A DNA stretch of 64,000 nucleotides from Escherichia coli. GTDB lineage: Bacteria > Pseudomonadota > Gammaproteobacteria > Enterobacterales > Enterobacteriaceae. The stretch is taken from NCBI RefSeq assembly GCF_044324785.1, contig NZ_CP172127.1; one strand, given 5' to 3'. The first letter of the stretch is position 1. The number at the start of each line of letters is the position of its first letter. This document shows, in pieces, positions 14,501-26,502 of this stretch. The notes under the pieces were generated by a model. It saw only the letters and a list, made by a program, of their open reading frames with translations, was not told the origin of the DNA and made no database searches. Made by a program: the position numbers and the translations under genes.

Positions 14501-17113
14501 TCAAGCCAGTGCTTTAGTTATCTTCTCGTACAGATCGCCAGAGAGATTTTCCAGCCCTTTCAACTGTTCCAGCGCCGCGCGCATTTTCTCCTGACGTTTG
14601 GCATCATATCGTTTCAGGCGAATCAGCGGCTCAATCAGGCGCGAAGCCACCTGCGGGTTACGGCTGTTGAGGTCGGTAAGCATTTCCACCAGGAACTGGT
14701 AACCGCTGCCATCTTCAGCATGGAACGCTGCCGGGTTGCTGCCCGCAAACGCGCCAATCAACGAACGAATACGGTTCGGGTTGCTCATGGTAAATGAGCG
14801 ATGCTGCAACAGACCGCGCACCGTCTCCAGAACATTCGCCGCCGGGCTGGTGGCTTGCAGGATAAACCATTTATCCATCACCAGACCATCCTGATGCCAC
14901 TTGTCGTCGTACTCCTGCATCAGCGCATCACGGCATGGCAACTGTGCAGCAACCGCCGCAGAAAGCGCCGCCAGCGCATCAGTCATATTGTTTGCTTCAT
15001 GGAACTGCTTGCTTACCAGCACGTCAGCCAGATGCGTTTCACCAAAAGCGAGGAAGCGCAGGCAGGCATTACGCAGAGTGCGTTTTGCAATATCTTCATG
15101 CTCAACACGGTACTCGCTCTGGTAATTCGCGTTGTAAATAGCCAGCAGCTCATCCGCCAGTTCAGTCGCCAGAGTACGGGTGAGTGCTTCGCGCACTTCG
15201 GCAATAGCAATCGGGTCGATGATATCGAACAGTTCCGCCATTTCATTGACGGAAGGCAGCGTCAGGATTTCTGCCGCCAGTGCCGGATCAATCTTCTCAT
15301 CAAGCAGCACTGCGCGGAAAGCGTCAGCCACATGCACCGGCAGAGACAGCGGCTGCCCTTGCTGATGACGGGCGACGTTGAGCTTGATGTAGGTTGCCAG
15401 CAGGCTTTGCGCCGCATCCCAGCGGGAGAAATCATTACGCGCATGGCGCATCAGGAAGGTCAGTTGCTGATCGCTCCACTTATATTCCAGTTTCACTGGC
15501 GCAGAGAATTCGCACAGCAGCGCAGGCACCGGCTGAAAGTAGACATTATCAAAGACAAAGGTCTGTTCCGCCTGGGTGACGTTCAGCACCGAATTCACCG
15601 GATGACCGCCTTTTTGCAACGGGATCACTTTGCCTTCGTTATCATACAATTCGATTGCAAACGGAATATGCAGCGGTTGTTTTTCTGCCTGATCCGGCGT
15701 AGCAGGCGTACGCTGGCTGATGGTCAGGGTGTACTGCTCGGTTTCTGGATTATAGTCGTCTTTGACGGTCACAACCGGCGTACCGGACTGGCTGTACCAA
15801 CGGCGGAAATGAGAGAGATCGACATTCGACGCATCTTCCATCGCCTGAACAAAGTCGTCGCAGGTTGCCGCGCTGCCATCATGGCGCTCGAAATAGAGCT
15901 GCATCCCTTTCTGGAAGTTTTCTTCGCCCAGCAGGGTGTGGATCATGCGAATCACTTCCGCGCCCTTCTCGTAAACGGTCAGGGTGTAGAAGTTGTTCAT
16001 CTCAATGACCATATCCGGGCGGATCGGGTGCGCCATCGGGCTGGCGTCTTCCGCAAACTGCAATCCGCGCATGGTGCGCACGTTGTTGATACGGTTTACC
16101 GCGCGAGAACCAAGGTCAGAGCTGAATTCCTGATCGCGGAACACGGTTAAACCTTCTTTCAGGCTGAGCTGGAACCAGTCGCGGCAGGTCACACGGTTAC
16201 CGGTCCAGTTGTGGAAATATTCGTGACCAATAACACGCTCAATATCGAGGTAATCTTTATCGGTGGCGGTGTCGGTACGGGCCAGCACATATTTGGAGTT
16301 AAAGATATTCAGACCCTTATTCTCCATTGCGCCCATATTAAAGAAGTCCACCGCGACGATCATATAGATGTCGAGGTCATACTCCAGGCCGAAGCGTTCT
16401 TCATCCCATTTCATGGAGTTTTTCAGCGAGGTCATCGCCCACGGCGCGCGGTCGAGGTTGCCGCGATCGACGTACAACTCCAGCGCCACTTCGCGACCAG
16501 AACGCGTGGTGAAGGTGTCGCGCAGCACGTCGAAGTCGCCTGCAACCAGCGCAAACAGGTAGCACGGTTTCGGGAACGGGTCCTGCCACTGTACCCAGTG
16601 ACGTCCGTTTTCCAGTTCGCCTTGCGCAACGCGGTTACCGTTGGAAAGCAGGAAGGGATATTTGGTTTTATCGGCAATAATTTTGGTGGTAAAACGCGCC
16701 AGCACGTCCGGGCGGTCAAGATAATACGTAATATGGCGGAAACCTTCGGCTTCACACTGAGTGCAAAGCGCATCGCCTGACTGATAAAGCCCTTCCAGCG
16801 CGGTATTCGTCGCCGGGCTAATTTCATTAACGATCTTAAGCGTAAAACGCTCCGGCAAATTACTGATGACCAGTGCGCCATCTTCTTCTTTCCAGGCGGT
16901 CCACGGCTCATCATTAATATGAACAGAAACCAGTTTAAGATCTTCGCCATCAAGACGAAGCGGAGCATCTGATGCACCATGACGGACAGCCTGGCTGACC
17001 GCGGTAACGACCGTCTTTTGCGCGTCCAGGTCAAAGGTCAAGTCAATATCAGTAATCTGGTAATCCGGCGCACGATAATCGTGACGGTATTTGGCTTGTG
17101 GCTGTTGAGTCAT
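14501..17113 (-). CDS. pepN: aminopeptidase N
   Basis: 870-aa M1 metallopeptidase with HEYFHNWTG zinc motif and GAMEN motif. Confidence 0.95.
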   Translation of the reverse strand: MTQQPQAKYRHDYRAPDYQITDIDLTFDLDAQKTVVTAVSQAVRHGASDAPLRLDGEDLKLVSVHINDEPWTAWKEEDGALVISNLPERFTLKIVNEISPATNTALEGLYQSGDALCTQCEAEGFRHITYYLDRPDVLARFTTKIIADKTKYPFLLSNGNRVAQGELENGRHWVQWQDPFPKPCYLFALVAGDFDVLRDTFTTRSGREVALELYVDRGNLDRAPWAMTSLKNSMKWDEERFGLEYDLDIYMIVAVDFFNMGAMENKGLNIFNSKYVLARTDTATDKDYLDIERVIGHEYFHNWTGNRVTCRDWFQLSLKEGLTVFRDQEFSSDLGSRAVNRINNVRTMRGLQFAEDASPMAHPIRPDMVIEMNNFYTLTVYEKGAEVIRMIHTLLGEENFQKGMQLYFERHDGSAATCDDFVQAMEDASNVDLSHFRRWYSQSGTPVVTVKDDYNPETEQYTLTISQRTPATPDQAEKQPLHIPFAIELYDNEGKVIPLQKGGHPVNSVLNVTQAEQTFVFDNVYFQPVPALLCEFSAPVKLEYKWSDQQLTFLMRHARNDFSRWDAAQSLLATYIKLNVARHQQGQPLSLPVHVADAFRAVLLDEKIDPALAAEILTLPSVNEMAELFDIIDPIAIAEVREALTRTLATELADELLAIYNANYQSEYRVEHEDIAKRTLRNACLRFLAFGETHLADVLVSKQFHEANNMTDALAALSAAVAAQLPCRDALMQEYDDKWHQDGLVMDKWFILQATSPAANVLETVRGLLQHRSFTMSNPNRIRSLIGAFAGSNPAAFHAEDGSGYQFLVEMLTDLNSRNPQVASRLIEPLIRLKRYDAKRQEKMRAALEQLKGLENLSGDLYEKITKALA

Positions 17114-17331
17114 AAATAACCTTTAGCATCTTTTATAGAGTCTGGTGTTCAGTCTATTCCTGTTGCGTAAATCGCGCTATGCAGAATCTTCATCTTTTCA
17201 GGTACAAACGCCTTTATTGCTACATTTTTATAACATACACCGCGTAATGCCATCGACCAGAAAGGTGGCATATGGTGTGATCGGGGTTCAATAAATTGCG
17301 AAACAAGGTATACTCCAGCAGTTCCTGAAGA

Positions 17332-17349
17332 TGTTTATTGTACTAAACG
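17332..17349. promoter_or_regulatory. putative NadR operator (TGTTTA-N6-TAAACg) in the pncB promoter
   Basis: Imperfect inverted repeat TGTTTATTGTACTAAACG about 30-45 bp upstream of the pncB ATG; resembles the NadR box consensus. Confidence 0.45.
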
Positions 17350-17378
17350 CTCCTGTACGAGGACGCTACTGCGCACCT

Positions 17379-18581
17379 ATGACACAATTCGCTTCTCCTG
17401 TTCTGCACTCGTTGCTGGATACAGATGCTTATAAGTTGCATATGCAGCAAGCCGTGTTTCATCACTATTACGATGTGCATGTCGCGGCGGAGTTTCGTTG
17501 CCGAGGTGACGATCTGCTGGGTATTTATGCCGATGCTATTCGTGAACAGGTTCAGGCGATGCAGCACCTGCGCCTGCAGGATGATGAATATCAATGGCTC
17601 TCTGCCCTGCCTTTCTTTAAGGCCGACTATCTTAACTGGCTACGCGAGTTCCGCTTTAACCCGGAACAAGTCACCGTGTCCAACGATAATGGCAAGCTGG
17701 ATATTCGTTTAAGCGGCCCGTGGCGTGAAGTCATCCTCTGGGAAGTTCCTTTGCTGGCGGTTATCAGTGAAATGGTACATCGCTATCGCTCACCGCAGGC
17801 CGACGTTGCGCAAGCCCTCGACACGCTGGAAAGCAAATTAGCCGACTTCTCGGCATTAACCGCCGGTCTTGATATGTCGCGCTTCCATCTGATGGATTTT
17901 GGCACCCGCCGACGTTTTTCTCGTGAAGTACAAGAAACCATCGTGAAACGTCTGCAACAGGAATCCTGGTTCGTGGGCACCAGCAACTACGATCTGGCGC
18001 GTCGGCTTTCCCTCACGCCAATGGGAACACAAGCACACGAATGGTTCCAGGCGCATCAGCAAATCAGTCCGGATCTTGCCAACAGCCAGCGAGCTGCACT
18101 TGCTGCCTGGCTGGAAGAATACCCCGACCAACTTGGCATTGCATTAACCGACTGCATCACTATGGATGCTTTCCTGCGTGATTTCGGTGTCGAGTTCGCC
18201 AGCCGCTATCAGGGCTTGCGTCATGACTCCGGCGACCCAGTTGAATGGGGTGAAAAAGCCATTGCACATTATGAGAAGCTGGGAATTGATCCACAGAGTA
18301 AAACGCTGGTTTTCTCTGACAATCTGGATTTACGCAAAGCGGTTGAGCTATACCGCCATTTCTCTTCCCGTGTGCAATTAAGTTTTGGTATTGGGACTCG
18401 CCTGACCTGCGATATCCCCCAGGTAAAACCCCTGAATATTGTCATTAAGTTGGTTGAGTGTAACGGTAAACCGGTGGCGAAACTTTCTGACAGCCCTGGC
18501 AAAACTATCTGCCACGATAAAGCGTTTGTTCGGGCGCTGCGCAAAGCGTTCGACCTTCCGCATATTAAAAAAGCCAGTTAA
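17379..18581 (+). CDS. pncB: nicotinate phosphoribosyltransferase
   Basis: 400 aa from the ATG at 17379 ([26 protein letters not shown]); ORF-track start over-extended. Confidence 0.95.
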   Translation: MTQFASPVLHSLLDTDAYKLHMQQAVFHHYYDVHVAAEFRCRGDDLLGIYADAIREQVQAMQHLRLQDDEYQWLSALPFFKADYLNWLREFRFNPEQVTVSNDNGKLDIRLSGPWREVILWEVPLLAVISEMVHRYRSPQADVAQALDTLESKLADFSALTAGLDMSRFHLMDFGTRRRFSREVQETIVKRLQQESWFVGTSNYDLARRLSLTPMGTQAHEWFQAHQQISPDLANSQRAALAAWLEEYPDQLGIALTDCITMDAFLRDFGVEFASRYQGLRHDSGDPVEWGEKAIAHYEKLGIDPQSKTLVFSDNLDLRKAVELYRHFSSRVQLSFGIGTRLTCDIPQVKPLNIVIKLVECNGKPVAKLSDSPGKTICHDKAFVRALRKAFDLPHIKKAS

Positions 18582-18589
18582 TATCATCA

Positions 18590-18614
18590 GGGAGCTAATC
18601 GGCTCCCTTTTTTT
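18590..18614 (+). terminator. rho-independent terminator downstream of pncB
   Basis: GGGAGC-TAATCG-GCTCCC stem-loop followed by a run of 7 T. Confidence 0.7.
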
Positions 18615-18749
18615 ACCTTTAATTCCGAAATCTTTCGCTGCATTTGCGAATTCTGCTTGTCTGATTGCAGATGCCAGGTAACATAGGTATCCCCCCATTT
18701 ACGGGTGGACAAGTGTTTATTTTTTCCGACTATTAACAGAGAGAATATT

Positions 18750-20150
18750 ATGAGCGTTGTGCCTGTAGCCGACGTACTCCAGGGCCGCGTAGCCGTTGAC
18801 AGCGAAGTCACCGTACGCGGATGGGTACGTACCCGCCGAGATTCAAAAGCTGGCATCTCCTTCCTCGCCGTTTATGACGGTTCCTGCTTTGATCCTGTAC
18901 AGGCTGTCATCAATAATTCTCTGCCCAATTACAATGAAGACGTCCTGCGTCTGACCACCGGTTGCTCGGTCATTGTGACGGGTAAAGTCGTGGCGTCGCC
19001 GGGCCAGGGGCAACAATTTGAAATTCAGGCCAGCAAGGTTGAAGTTGCTGGTTGGGTTGAAGATCCAGACACTTACCCGATGGCGGCAAAACGCCACAGC
19101 ATTGAGTATCTGCGTGAAGTCGCTCACCTGCGTCCGCGCACAAACCTGATTGGTGCCGTCGCGCGCGTTCGCCATACGCTGGCGCAGGCGCTGCATCGCT
19201 TCTTTAACGAGCAGGGATTCTTCTGGGTTTCAACGCCACTGATTACTGCGTCTGATACCGAAGGGGCTGGCGAAATGTTCCGCGTTTCTACGCTGGATCT
19301 GGAAAACCTGCCGCGTAACGATCAGGGCAAAGTGGATTTCGACAAAGACTTCTTTGGTAAAGAGTCTTTCCTGACCGTATCTGGCCAGTTGAACGGCGAA
19401 ACCTACGCTTGCGCATTATCCAAAATTTATACCTTCGGCCCGACTTTCCGTGCTGAAAACTCCAACACCAGCCGTCACCTGGCGGAATTCTGGATGCTGG
19501 AGCCGGAAGTGGCGTTTGCTAACCTGAACGATATCGCGGGTCTGGCTGAAGCCATGCTGAAATATGTCTTCAAAGCGGTTCTCGAAGAACGCGCTGACGA
19601 CATGAAATTCTTCGCTGAACGCGTAGATAAAGATGCCGTTTCACGTCTGGAACGCTTCATTGAAGCCGATTTTGCGCAGGTGGATTACACCGACGCAGTG
19701 ACCATTCTCGAAAACTGCGGCAGGAAGTTTGAAAACCCGGTTTACTGGGGCGTTGATCTCTCTTCTGAGCATGAGCGTTATCTGGCGGAAGAACACTTTA
19801 AAGCACCGGTAGTGGTTAAAAACTATCCGAAAGATATTAAAGCGTTCTATATGCGCCTTAACGAAGACGGTAAAACCGTTGCGGCTATGGACGTTCTGGC
19901 TCCGGGCATCGGTGAGATCATTGGTGGCTCCCAGCGTGAAGAACGTCTGGACGTGCTGGACGAGCGTATGCTGGAAATGGGCCTGAATAAAGAAGATTAC
20001 TGGTGGTATCGCGATCTGCGTCGCTACGGTACTGTTCCGCATTCAGGTTTCGGTCTTGGTTTTGAACGCCTGATTGCTTACGTAACTGGTGTGCAAAACG
20101 TGCGTGATGTGATTCCGTTCCCACGTACTCCGCGTAACGCCAGCTTCTAA
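18750..20150 (+). CDS. asnS: asparaginyl-tRNA synthetase
   Basis: 466 aa from the ATG at 18750 ([13 protein letters not shown]); class II aaRS sequence ending [10 protein letters not shown]. Confidence 0.95.
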
Positions 20151-20164
20151 TTTAGCGTCTTCAA

Positions 20165-20191
20165 GAGCCAGCACCCGCTGGCTCTTTTTTT
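20165..20191 (+). terminator. rho-independent terminator downstream of asnS
   Basis: GAGCCAGC-ACCC-GCTGGCTC hairpin followed by a T7 tract. Confidence 0.75.
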
Positions 20192-20262
20192 ATCCTTTCT
20201 GTCAAGTTATCTGTTTGTTAAGTCAAGCAATCTATTTGCAACCCCGCCATAACGATCATCCT

Positions 20263-20292
20263 GTTACGGAATATTACACTGCAATATTTTCG
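20263..20292. promoter_or_regulatory. distal OmpR binding site (F4-like) upstream of ompF
   Basis: GTTACGGAATATTACACTGCAATATTTTCG about 450-490 bp upstream of the ompF ATG, resembling the recalled F4 site. Confidence 0.5.
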
Positions 20293-20542
20293 CACAAAAA
20301 ATAATCCGCATTCTTATTGCGGATTAGTTTTTTCTTAGCTGATAGCACAATTTTCATACTATCTTTTGGCGTTCTGGATGTCTGAACGAGGATTTAGTGC
20401 CAGGTCGATAAAGTTTCCATCAGAAACAAAATTTCCGTTTAGTTAATTTAAATATAAGGAAATCATATAAATAGATAAATATTGCTGTAAATATCATCAC
20501 GCTTCTATGGAAATATGACGGTGTTCACAAAGTTCCTTAAAT

Positions 20543-20605
20543 TTTACTTTTGGTTACATATTTTTTCTTTTTGAAACCAAATCTTTATCTTTGTAGCACT
20601 TTCAC
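20543..20605 (+). promoter_or_regulatory. OmpR binding sites F1-F3 and ompF promoter region
   Basis: Three tandem about 20-bp boxes TTTACTTTTGGTTACATATTT / TTTCTTTTTGAAACCAAATCT / TTATCTTTGTAGCACTTTCAC about 150-210 bp upstream of the ompF ATG, matching the classical OmpR F1-F2-F3 arrangement. Confidence 0.7.
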
Positions 20606-20752
20606 GGTAGCGAAACGTTAGTTTGAATGGAAAGATGCCTGCAGACACATAAAGACACCAAACTCTCATCAATAGTTCCGTAAATTTTTATTGACAGAAC
20701 TTATTGACGGCAGTGGCAGGTGTCATAAAAAAAACCATGAGGGTAATAAATA

Positions 20753-21826
20753 ATGATGAAGCGCAATATTCTGGCAGTGATCGTCCCTGCTCTGTTAGTA
20801 GCAGGTACTGCAAACGCTGCAGAAATCTATAACAAAGATGGCAATAAAGTAGATCTGTACGGTAAAGCTGTCGGTCTGCATTATTTTTCTAAAGACAATG
20901 GTGTAAACAGTTACGGCGGAAACGGCGACAAAACTTATGCCCGTCTTGGTTTTAAAGGGGAAACACAAATCAATTCCGATCTGACCGGCTACGGTCAGTG
21001 GGAATATAACTTCCAGGGTAACAACTCTGAAGGCGCTGATGCCCAGAAAGGTAACAAAACTCGTCTGGCATTCGCAGGTCTGAAATTCGCTGATGCGGGT
21101 TCTATCGACTACGGTCGTAACTACGGTGTGGTTTACGACGCACTGGGTTACACCGATATGCTGCCTGAGTTTGGCGGTGACACGGCATACAGCGATGACT
21201 TCTTCGTTGGTCGTGTAGGCGGCGTTGCTACCTATCGTAACTCCAACTTCTTCGGTCTGGTTGACGGCCTGAACTTTGCCGTTCAGTACCTGGGCAAAAA
21301 CGAACGTGCTGGTATTCCTGAGCGTTCCAACGGCGACGGCGTCGGTGGCTCTATCAGCTACGAATTCGAAGGCTTTGGTATCGTAGGTGCTTACGGTGCA
21401 GCAGACCGTACCGACGCCCAGGAAGCCGAATTCCGCGGTCAGGGTAAAAAAGCTGAACAGTGGGCAACTGGTCTGAAGTATGACGCGAACAACATCTACC
21501 TGGCAGCGAACTACGGTGAAACCCGTAACGCTACGCCAATTGAAGGCGGCTTCGCCAACAAAACGCAAGACGTTCTGTTAGTTGCGCAATACCAGTTCGA
21601 TTTCGGTCTGCGTCCGTCCATCGCTTACACCAAATCTAAAGCGAAAGACGTAGAAGGTATCGGTGATGTTGATCTGGTGAACTACTTTGAAGTGGGCGCA
21701 ACCTACTACTTCAACAAAAACATGTCCACCTATGTTGACTACATCATCAACCAGATCGATTCTGACAACAAACTGGGCGTAGGTTCTGACGACACCGTTG
21801 CTGTGGGTATCGTTTACCAGTTCTAA
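20753..21826 (+). CDS. ompF: outer membrane porin OmpF (357-aa allele)
   Basis: Signal peptide [22 protein letters not shown]; trimeric porin sequence ending VGIVYQF; conserved position between asnS and aspC. Confidence 0.9.
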   Translation: MMKRNILAVIVPALLVAGTANAAEIYNKDGNKVDLYGKAVGLHYFSKDNGVNSYGGNGDKTYARLGFKGETQINSDLTGYGQWEYNFQGNNSEGADAQKGNKTRLAFAGLKFADAGSIDYGRNYGVVYDALGYTDMLPEFGGDTAYSDDFFVGRVGGVATYRNSNFFGLVDGLNFAVQYLGKNERAGIPERSNGDGVGGSISYEFEGFGIVGAYGAADRTDAQEAEFRGQGKKAEQWATGLKYDANNIYLAANYGETRNATPIEGGFANKTQDVLLVAQYQFDFGLRPSIAYTKSKAKDVEGIGDVDLVNYFEVGATYYFNKNMSTYVDYIINQIDSDNKLGVGSDDTVAVGIVYQF

Positions 21827-21852
21827 TAGCACACCTCTTTGTTAAATGCCGA

Positions 21853-21881
21853 AAAAACAGGACTTTGGTCCTGTTTTTTTT
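21853..21881 (+). terminator. rho-independent terminator downstream of ompF
   Basis: AACAGGAC-TTTG-GTCCTGTT hairpin followed by a T8 tract. Confidence 0.8.
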
Positions 21882-22010
21882 ATGCCTTCCAGAGCAATCT
21901 CACGTCTTGCAAAAACAGCCTGCGTTTTCATCAGTAATAGTTGGAATTTTGTAAATCTCCCGTTACCCTGATAGCGGACTTCCCTTCTGTAACCATAATG
22001 GAACCTCGTC

Positions 22011-23201
22011 ATGTTTGAGAACATTACCGCCGCTCCTGCCGACCCGATTCTGGGCCTGGCCGATCTGTTTCGTGCCGATGAACGTCCCGGCAAAATTAAC
22101 CTCGGGATTGGTGTCTATAAAGATGAGACGGGCAAAACCCCGGTACTGACCAGCGTGAAAAAGGCTGAACAGTATTTGCTCGAAAATGAAACCACCAAAA
22201 ATTACCTCGGCATTGACGGCATCCCTGAATTTGGTCGCTGCACTCAGGAACTGCTGTTTGGTAAAGGTAGCGCCCTGATCAATGACAAACGTGCTCGCAC
22301 GGCACAGACTCCGGGTGGCACTGGCGCACTACGCGTGGCTGCCGATTTCCTGGCAAAAAATACCAGCGTTAAGCGTGTGTGGGTGAGCAACCCAAGCTGG
22401 CCGAACCATAAGAGCGTCTTTAACTCTGCAGGTCTGGAAGTTCGTGAATACGCTTATTATGATGCGGAAAATCACACCCTTGACTTCGATGCACTGATTA
22501 ACAGCCTGAACGAAGCTCAGGCTGGCGACGTAGTGCTGTTCCATGGCTGCTGCCATAACCCAACCGGTATCGACCCTACGCTGGAACAATGGCAGACACT
22601 GGCACAACTTTCCGTTGAGAAAGGCTGGTTACCGCTGTTTGACTTCGCTTACCAGGGTTTTGCCCGTGGTCTGGAAGAAGATGCTGAAGGACTGCGCGCT
22701 TTCGCGGCTATGCATAAAGAGCTGATTGTTGCCAGTTCCTACTCTAAAAACTTTGGCCTGTACAACGAGCGTGTTGGCGCTTGTACTCTGGTTGCTGCCG
22801 ACAGTGAAACCGTTGATCGCGCATTCAGCCAAATGAAAGCGGCGATTCGCGCTAACTACTCTAACCCACCAGCACACGGCGCTTCTGTTGTTGCCACCAT
22901 CCTGAGCAACGATGCATTACGTGCGATTTGGGAACAAGAGCTGACTGATATGCGCCAGCGTATTCAGCGTATGCGTCAGTTGTTCGTCAATACGCTGCAG
23001 GAAAAAGGCGCAAACCGCGACTTCAGCTTTATCATCAAACAGAACGGCATGTTCTCCTTCAGTGGCCTGACAAAAGAACAAGTGCTGCGTCTGCGCGAAG
23101 AGTTTGGCGTGTATGCTGTTGCTTCTGGTCGCGTAAACGTGGCCGGGATGACACCAGATAATATGGCTCCGCTGTGCGAAGCGATTGTGGCAGTGCTGTA
23201 A
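22011..23201 (+). CDS. aspC: aspartate aminotransferase
   Basis: 396-aa PLP aminotransferase containing the SYSKNFGLY motif with the PLP lysine. Confidence 0.95.
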   Translation: MFENITAAPADPILGLADLFRADERPGKINLGIGVYKDETGKTPVLTSVKKAEQYLLENETTKNYLGIDGIPEFGRCTQELLFGKGSALINDKRARTAQTPGGTGALRVAADFLAKNTSVKRVWVSNPSWPNHKSVFNSAGLEVREYAYYDAENHTLDFDALINSLNEAQAGDVVLFHGCCHNPTGIDPTLEQWQTLAQLSVEKGWLPLFDFAYQGFARGLEEDAEGLRAFAAMHKELIVASSYSKNFGLYNERVGACTLVAADSETVDRAFSQMKAAIRANYSNPPAHGASVVATILSNDALRAIWEQELTDMRQRIQRMRQLFVNTLQEKGANRDFSFIIKQNGMFSFSGLTKEQVLRLREEFGVYAVASGRVNVAGMTPDNMAPLCEAIVAVL

Positions 23202-23216
23202 GCGTTAAAAACAATG

Positions 23217-23244
23217 AAGCCCGCTTGAAAAGCGGGCTTTTTTA
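23217..23244. terminator. bidirectional hairpin terminator between convergent aspC and ycbL
   Basis: AAGCCCGCTT-GAAA-AGCGGGCTTTTTT; the stem is flanked by A-run and T-run and could terminate both strands. Confidence 0.7.
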
Positions 23245-23251
23245 TGCGCTT

Positions 23252-23899
23252 TTACCAGACGGGCATTTCGTCTTGCAGGAAGGGATTATGCAGGCGCTCA
23301 TAACCAAGTGTGGATAATGGTCCGTGACCCGGAATAAATGTCACGTCATCCCCCAGTGGCAGCAACTTATCTTTGATTGAAGAAATCAGTTGATTATGAT
23401 CGCCACGCGGGAAGTCACTGCGCCCTACTCCGCCTTTGAAAATAACGTCGCCAGAAATCAGCAGCTTTGCCCGATCATCAAAAAACACGACATGACCCGG
23501 CGTATGCCCAGGGCAATGTAACACCTGTAAAGCCACATTCCCTATGCTGATGGTATCGCCTTCGTTCAGCCAACGATCCGGCGTCAGCGGCTGGCACTCT
23601 TCCAGACCAAACATACGACTTTGCGCAGGCAAGCCTTGCAGCCAGAACTCATCTTCTTTTTCCGGGCCAAAAACCGGCACGCCGTAATGTTGCGCCAGTT
23701 CCGCCGCTGCACCAACGTGGTCCAGATGACCATGCGTCAGCAGGATCTGCATCAGTGTCAGGCCGCTGGCGTCAACTTCCTGTTTGATTTTTTCCGCATC
23801 GCCGCCAGGATCGACCAGTGCGGCCAGGCGGGTTTGTTCACACCAGATCAATGAACAGTTCTGGGAGAATGCGGTGACCGGAATAATACGATAGTTCAT
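23252..23899 (-). CDS. ycbL: metallo-beta-lactamase fold hydrolase (glyoxalase II-like) YcbL
   Basis: 215 aa with THGHLDH metal-binding motif. Confidence 0.9.
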   Translation of the reverse strand: MNYRIIPVTAFSQNCSLIWCEQTRLAALVDPGGDAEKIKQEVDASGLTLMQILLTHGHLDHVGAAAELAQHYGVPVFGPEKEDEFWLQGLPAQSRMFGLEECQPLTPDRWLNEGDTISIGNVALQVLHCPGHTPGHVVFFDDRAKLLISGDVIFKGGVGRSDFPRGDHNQLISSIKDKLLPLGDDVTFIPGHGPLSTLGYERLHNPFLQDEMPVW

Positions 23900-23925
23900 A
23901 CTGCCCCTGTTTCGTTAAGCAATTG

Positions 23926-24474
23926 CTACCAGTGCCGTGCTGGCCCGGTATCAATATGCACAAAGTTACTACGTGGGTAATATCCTACACCACCTGCGCG
24001 CATAGATAACGCGGCTTTGCGAATATTGCTTAACGCGATACCTTCAATATGGAAATCCATCGCCTGCCCTTTCGTGTGATAGCTTTTCTTCGCTACTCCA
24101 CGGCTGCGGGCGCGTAGTTCATTGTTGGTATCAATGGAACGATAACCGGAAATGAGTTGCACCGGTTTGCGGGTGCCTAATAACCCTTGCAGGCGATACA
24201 ACTGATCGAACAATCCTGGGTCGATGGACTTTATTTTGTTCGCGCGGTAATCGCGGAAAAAATGGTTAAGTTTTGCCAATTCTTCCTGAATATAGCCTCT
24301 GCCATCGAAAAACTCCGCTTTGATTGACTCTCCGGTATGAAGATTATTGAGTGTCAAAATGCGCGGGCGTGGGGTAGAGAGTGTTGCAAACGCAGGGGTC
24401 GGCAGGATGGCGGCACCGAGTGCAACGCCACCAAGCGCCAGCAATTTGCGGCGATTAGCGTCGAATTTGTCCAT
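23926..24474 (-). CDS. mepK: peptidoglycan LD-endopeptidase MepK (YcbK)
   Basis: About 182 aa with twin-arginine-like signal (RRKLLALGGVALGAAILPTPAFA); start trimmed to MDKFDANRR at 24474. Confidence 0.85.
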   Translation of the reverse strand: MDKFDANRRKLLALGGVALGAAILPTPAFATLSTPRPRILTLNNLHTGESIKAEFFDGRGYIQEELAKLNHFFRDYRANKIKSIDPGLFDQLYRLQGLLGTRKPVQLISGYRSIDTNNELRARSRGVAKKSYHTKGQAMDFHIEGIALSNIRKAALSMRAGGVGYYPRSNFVHIDTGPARHW

Positions 24475-24654
24475 GATAATCAAGTCTACAGGTCAATGTT
24501 ATCGTTTATATGCACTTCTGGCGCACAAGAGGCACCTTAACCGCCCGTAAAGCAGACGTCAAGATGACTCAACCCCAGCAGTGACGGGGGCTGCAGAGAA
24601 TCGCCCCCGATCATGCTAATTATTACGACAACTGATTTCCCCGAACTGCTTCAT

Positions 24655-26502
24655 TTACCTGATTAATTGTTCCGCTTTCGATACGATTTGCGAGCTGGAT
24701 CGCGCAGGCAGATCATAATTGTAAATATCTGTACGATACTGGGTACGACCATCTGCACCAACAAATGCCGTCAGGTAGTAGAGATTTACCGGAATCGACT
24801 GCCGAATATTGACGTAACGCGTATCGCCCTGCTTCAGCGCATCAGAAATACGTTTGTCATTCCAGCCTGCATCCTGCAACAGCATATTCGCCAGATCGGA
24901 AGCTTTATTCACTCGTACACAGCCTGAGCTCAATGCGCGTGTATCACGCTTGAACAGATTGTGGTTCGGCGTGTCATGCAAATAAATGGCCTCTGAACTC
25001 GGCATATTGAATTTATAGCGCCCCAGCGAGTTCCGTGGGCCTGGAGCCTGCTGGAAGCGGAACGGTAAATTCGAGGCCGTGATTGTAGACCAGTCAACCT
25101 GCCATGGGTCAATCGCTTCTCTGCTGTTCCAGCCGCGCATCACCGTATAGCCATGGCTTTCGAGATATCCCGGATCGTTGCGCACTTTCGGCAGAATATC
25201 TTTGCGTGCCAGAGTTGGGGGTACGTTCCACGGCGGGTTTACCACTACGTTGTTAAGTGCACTGCTCATCATCGGCGTTTTGCGATCGGGGCGACCAACA
25301 ATGACTCGCGAATCCAGCACCTGATTGCCGTTCTGATAGTAGACCAGCGAATAGGCCGGAATGTTAACCATGATCCCGGTAGAAAGCTCTGTTGGCAGCA
25401 AGCGCAATCGCTGGATGTTGAGTGCCAACACGCCAGCACGCTGGGCGGGCGTTACGTTTAACCAGTCACGCGTTGCCGGGCCAATAGCGCCATCTGCTCC
25501 CAATCCTTGCCATGCCTGAAAACGTTTAACGGCTTCCACCAGTTCATTATCGTAGGCGGCACGAACGGCAGGCGCAGGTTTACTACGAGACGTCGTTTGC
25601 TTGTCCATCGGCTTAGTTTCTGCTGTTTCAACAGTAACAGCGGATGGGCTGACTACTGCGTCAGTTGGCGTGTCATCGCCAGGGAGAGTAATTTTTGGCC
25701 CCCCGTCCAACATGCCTGTGCGTTGCAATATTTCGCGCAACGCCGGTACGTCGTTACTCCACTGCCCTGGGCGCAACGTTGCTTTACCGGTCAGTTGAGG
25801 CCACGGTTTGGTGTCACTGAGTAAGGCCAGTAACGATTCATGCATCGCCGCATATTGCGGATGCTGCGGTGCCAGTCCTGCAACAAACGTCGGCAATTGA
25901 CCTTTATCCAGCGTCAGCTGCCATTGGTTAATCACCGAAAGCGGCGGCGTTGCAAGCGCATAAGGTTTACTGCTATATAGCCAGCGAGTGCCTTTGACCG
26001 GAATATTTGCAATGAAATGGAGATAGCCCATCATCGCATCAGAGAGCACGACGTCGCGTGCCATCCCGTTAACACCAGGATCGGTCAGTAACTCTACCCA
26101 TTTATTAAACTGCGGCTGGAAACCGGCAATCGCCACCTCTGCCAGCTGTTGCTGGAAGGCTTTAACAGCATCACGGTTTTCCCACATGGGTTGCATATCG
26201 CGTGCGGCATACAACAGTTGAAGCTGGTTAAGATAAACCGGCTTGTAACCTGCGGGTAATTGAGATTCGATTTGCGTGCGGGCTTTTTCTGCCGCACCTT
26301 CAGGCAATGGCTGGATCCCCGCCATTATTGCCGTGGCTTGCGCCTGCGGCAGTGCCTCGCCCTGTTCACTGACAGCCACCGGGCTGTCGCCAGGGATTAC
26401 TTCAGGCTCATCGGCCTGCGCATTGAACAGTGGAGCGAATGTTACGGCCAGGCACAAACTGATTGCCGACAGCCGACGACCACACATCATATTAAGCAAC
26501 AT
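24655..26502 (-). CDS. ldtD: L,D-transpeptidase LdtD (YcbB)
   Basis: 615 aa with signal peptide and YkuD-type L,D-transpeptidase catalytic motif (HDTP ... SSGCVRV). Confidence 0.9.
   Translation of the reverse strand: MLLNMMCGRRLSAISLCLAVTFAPLFNAQADEPEVIPGDSPVAVSEQGEALPQAQATAIMAGIQPLPEGAAEKARTQIESQLPAGYKPVYLNQLQLLYAARDMQPMWENRDAVKAFQQQLAEVAIAGFQPQFNKWVELLTDPGVNGMARDVVLSDAMMGYLHFIANIPVKGTRWLYSSKPYALATPPLSVINQWQLTLDKGQLPTFVAGLAPQHPQYAAMHESLLALLSDTKPWPQLTGKATLRPGQWSNDVPALREILQRTGMLDGGPKITLPGDDTPTDAVVSPSAVTVETAETKPMDKQTTSRSKPAPAVRAAYDNELVEAVKRFQAWQGLGADGAIGPATRDWLNVTPAQRAGVLALNIQRLRLLPTELSTGIMVNIPAYSLVYYQNGNQVLDSRVIVGRPDRKTPMMSSALNNVVVNPPWNVPPTLARKDILPKVRNDPGYLESHGYTVMRGWNSREAIDPWQVDWSTITASNLPFRFQQAPGPRNSLGRYKFNMPSSEAIYLHDTPNHNLFKRDTRALSSGCVRVNKASDLANMLLQDAGWNDKRISDALKQGDTRYVNIRQSIPVNLYYLTAFVGADGRTQYRTDIYNYDLPARSSSQIVSKAEQLIR

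Noticed and set aside
14801-16150. 449-aa ORF antisense to pepN
   Set aside because: Codon-aligned antisense frame of a well-conserved gene; the translation is low-complexity and arginine-rich, with no ribosome-binding site or conserved domain.
20795-21568. 257-aa ORF antisense to ompF
   Set aside because: Codon-aligned shadow ORF inside the highly expressed porin gene.
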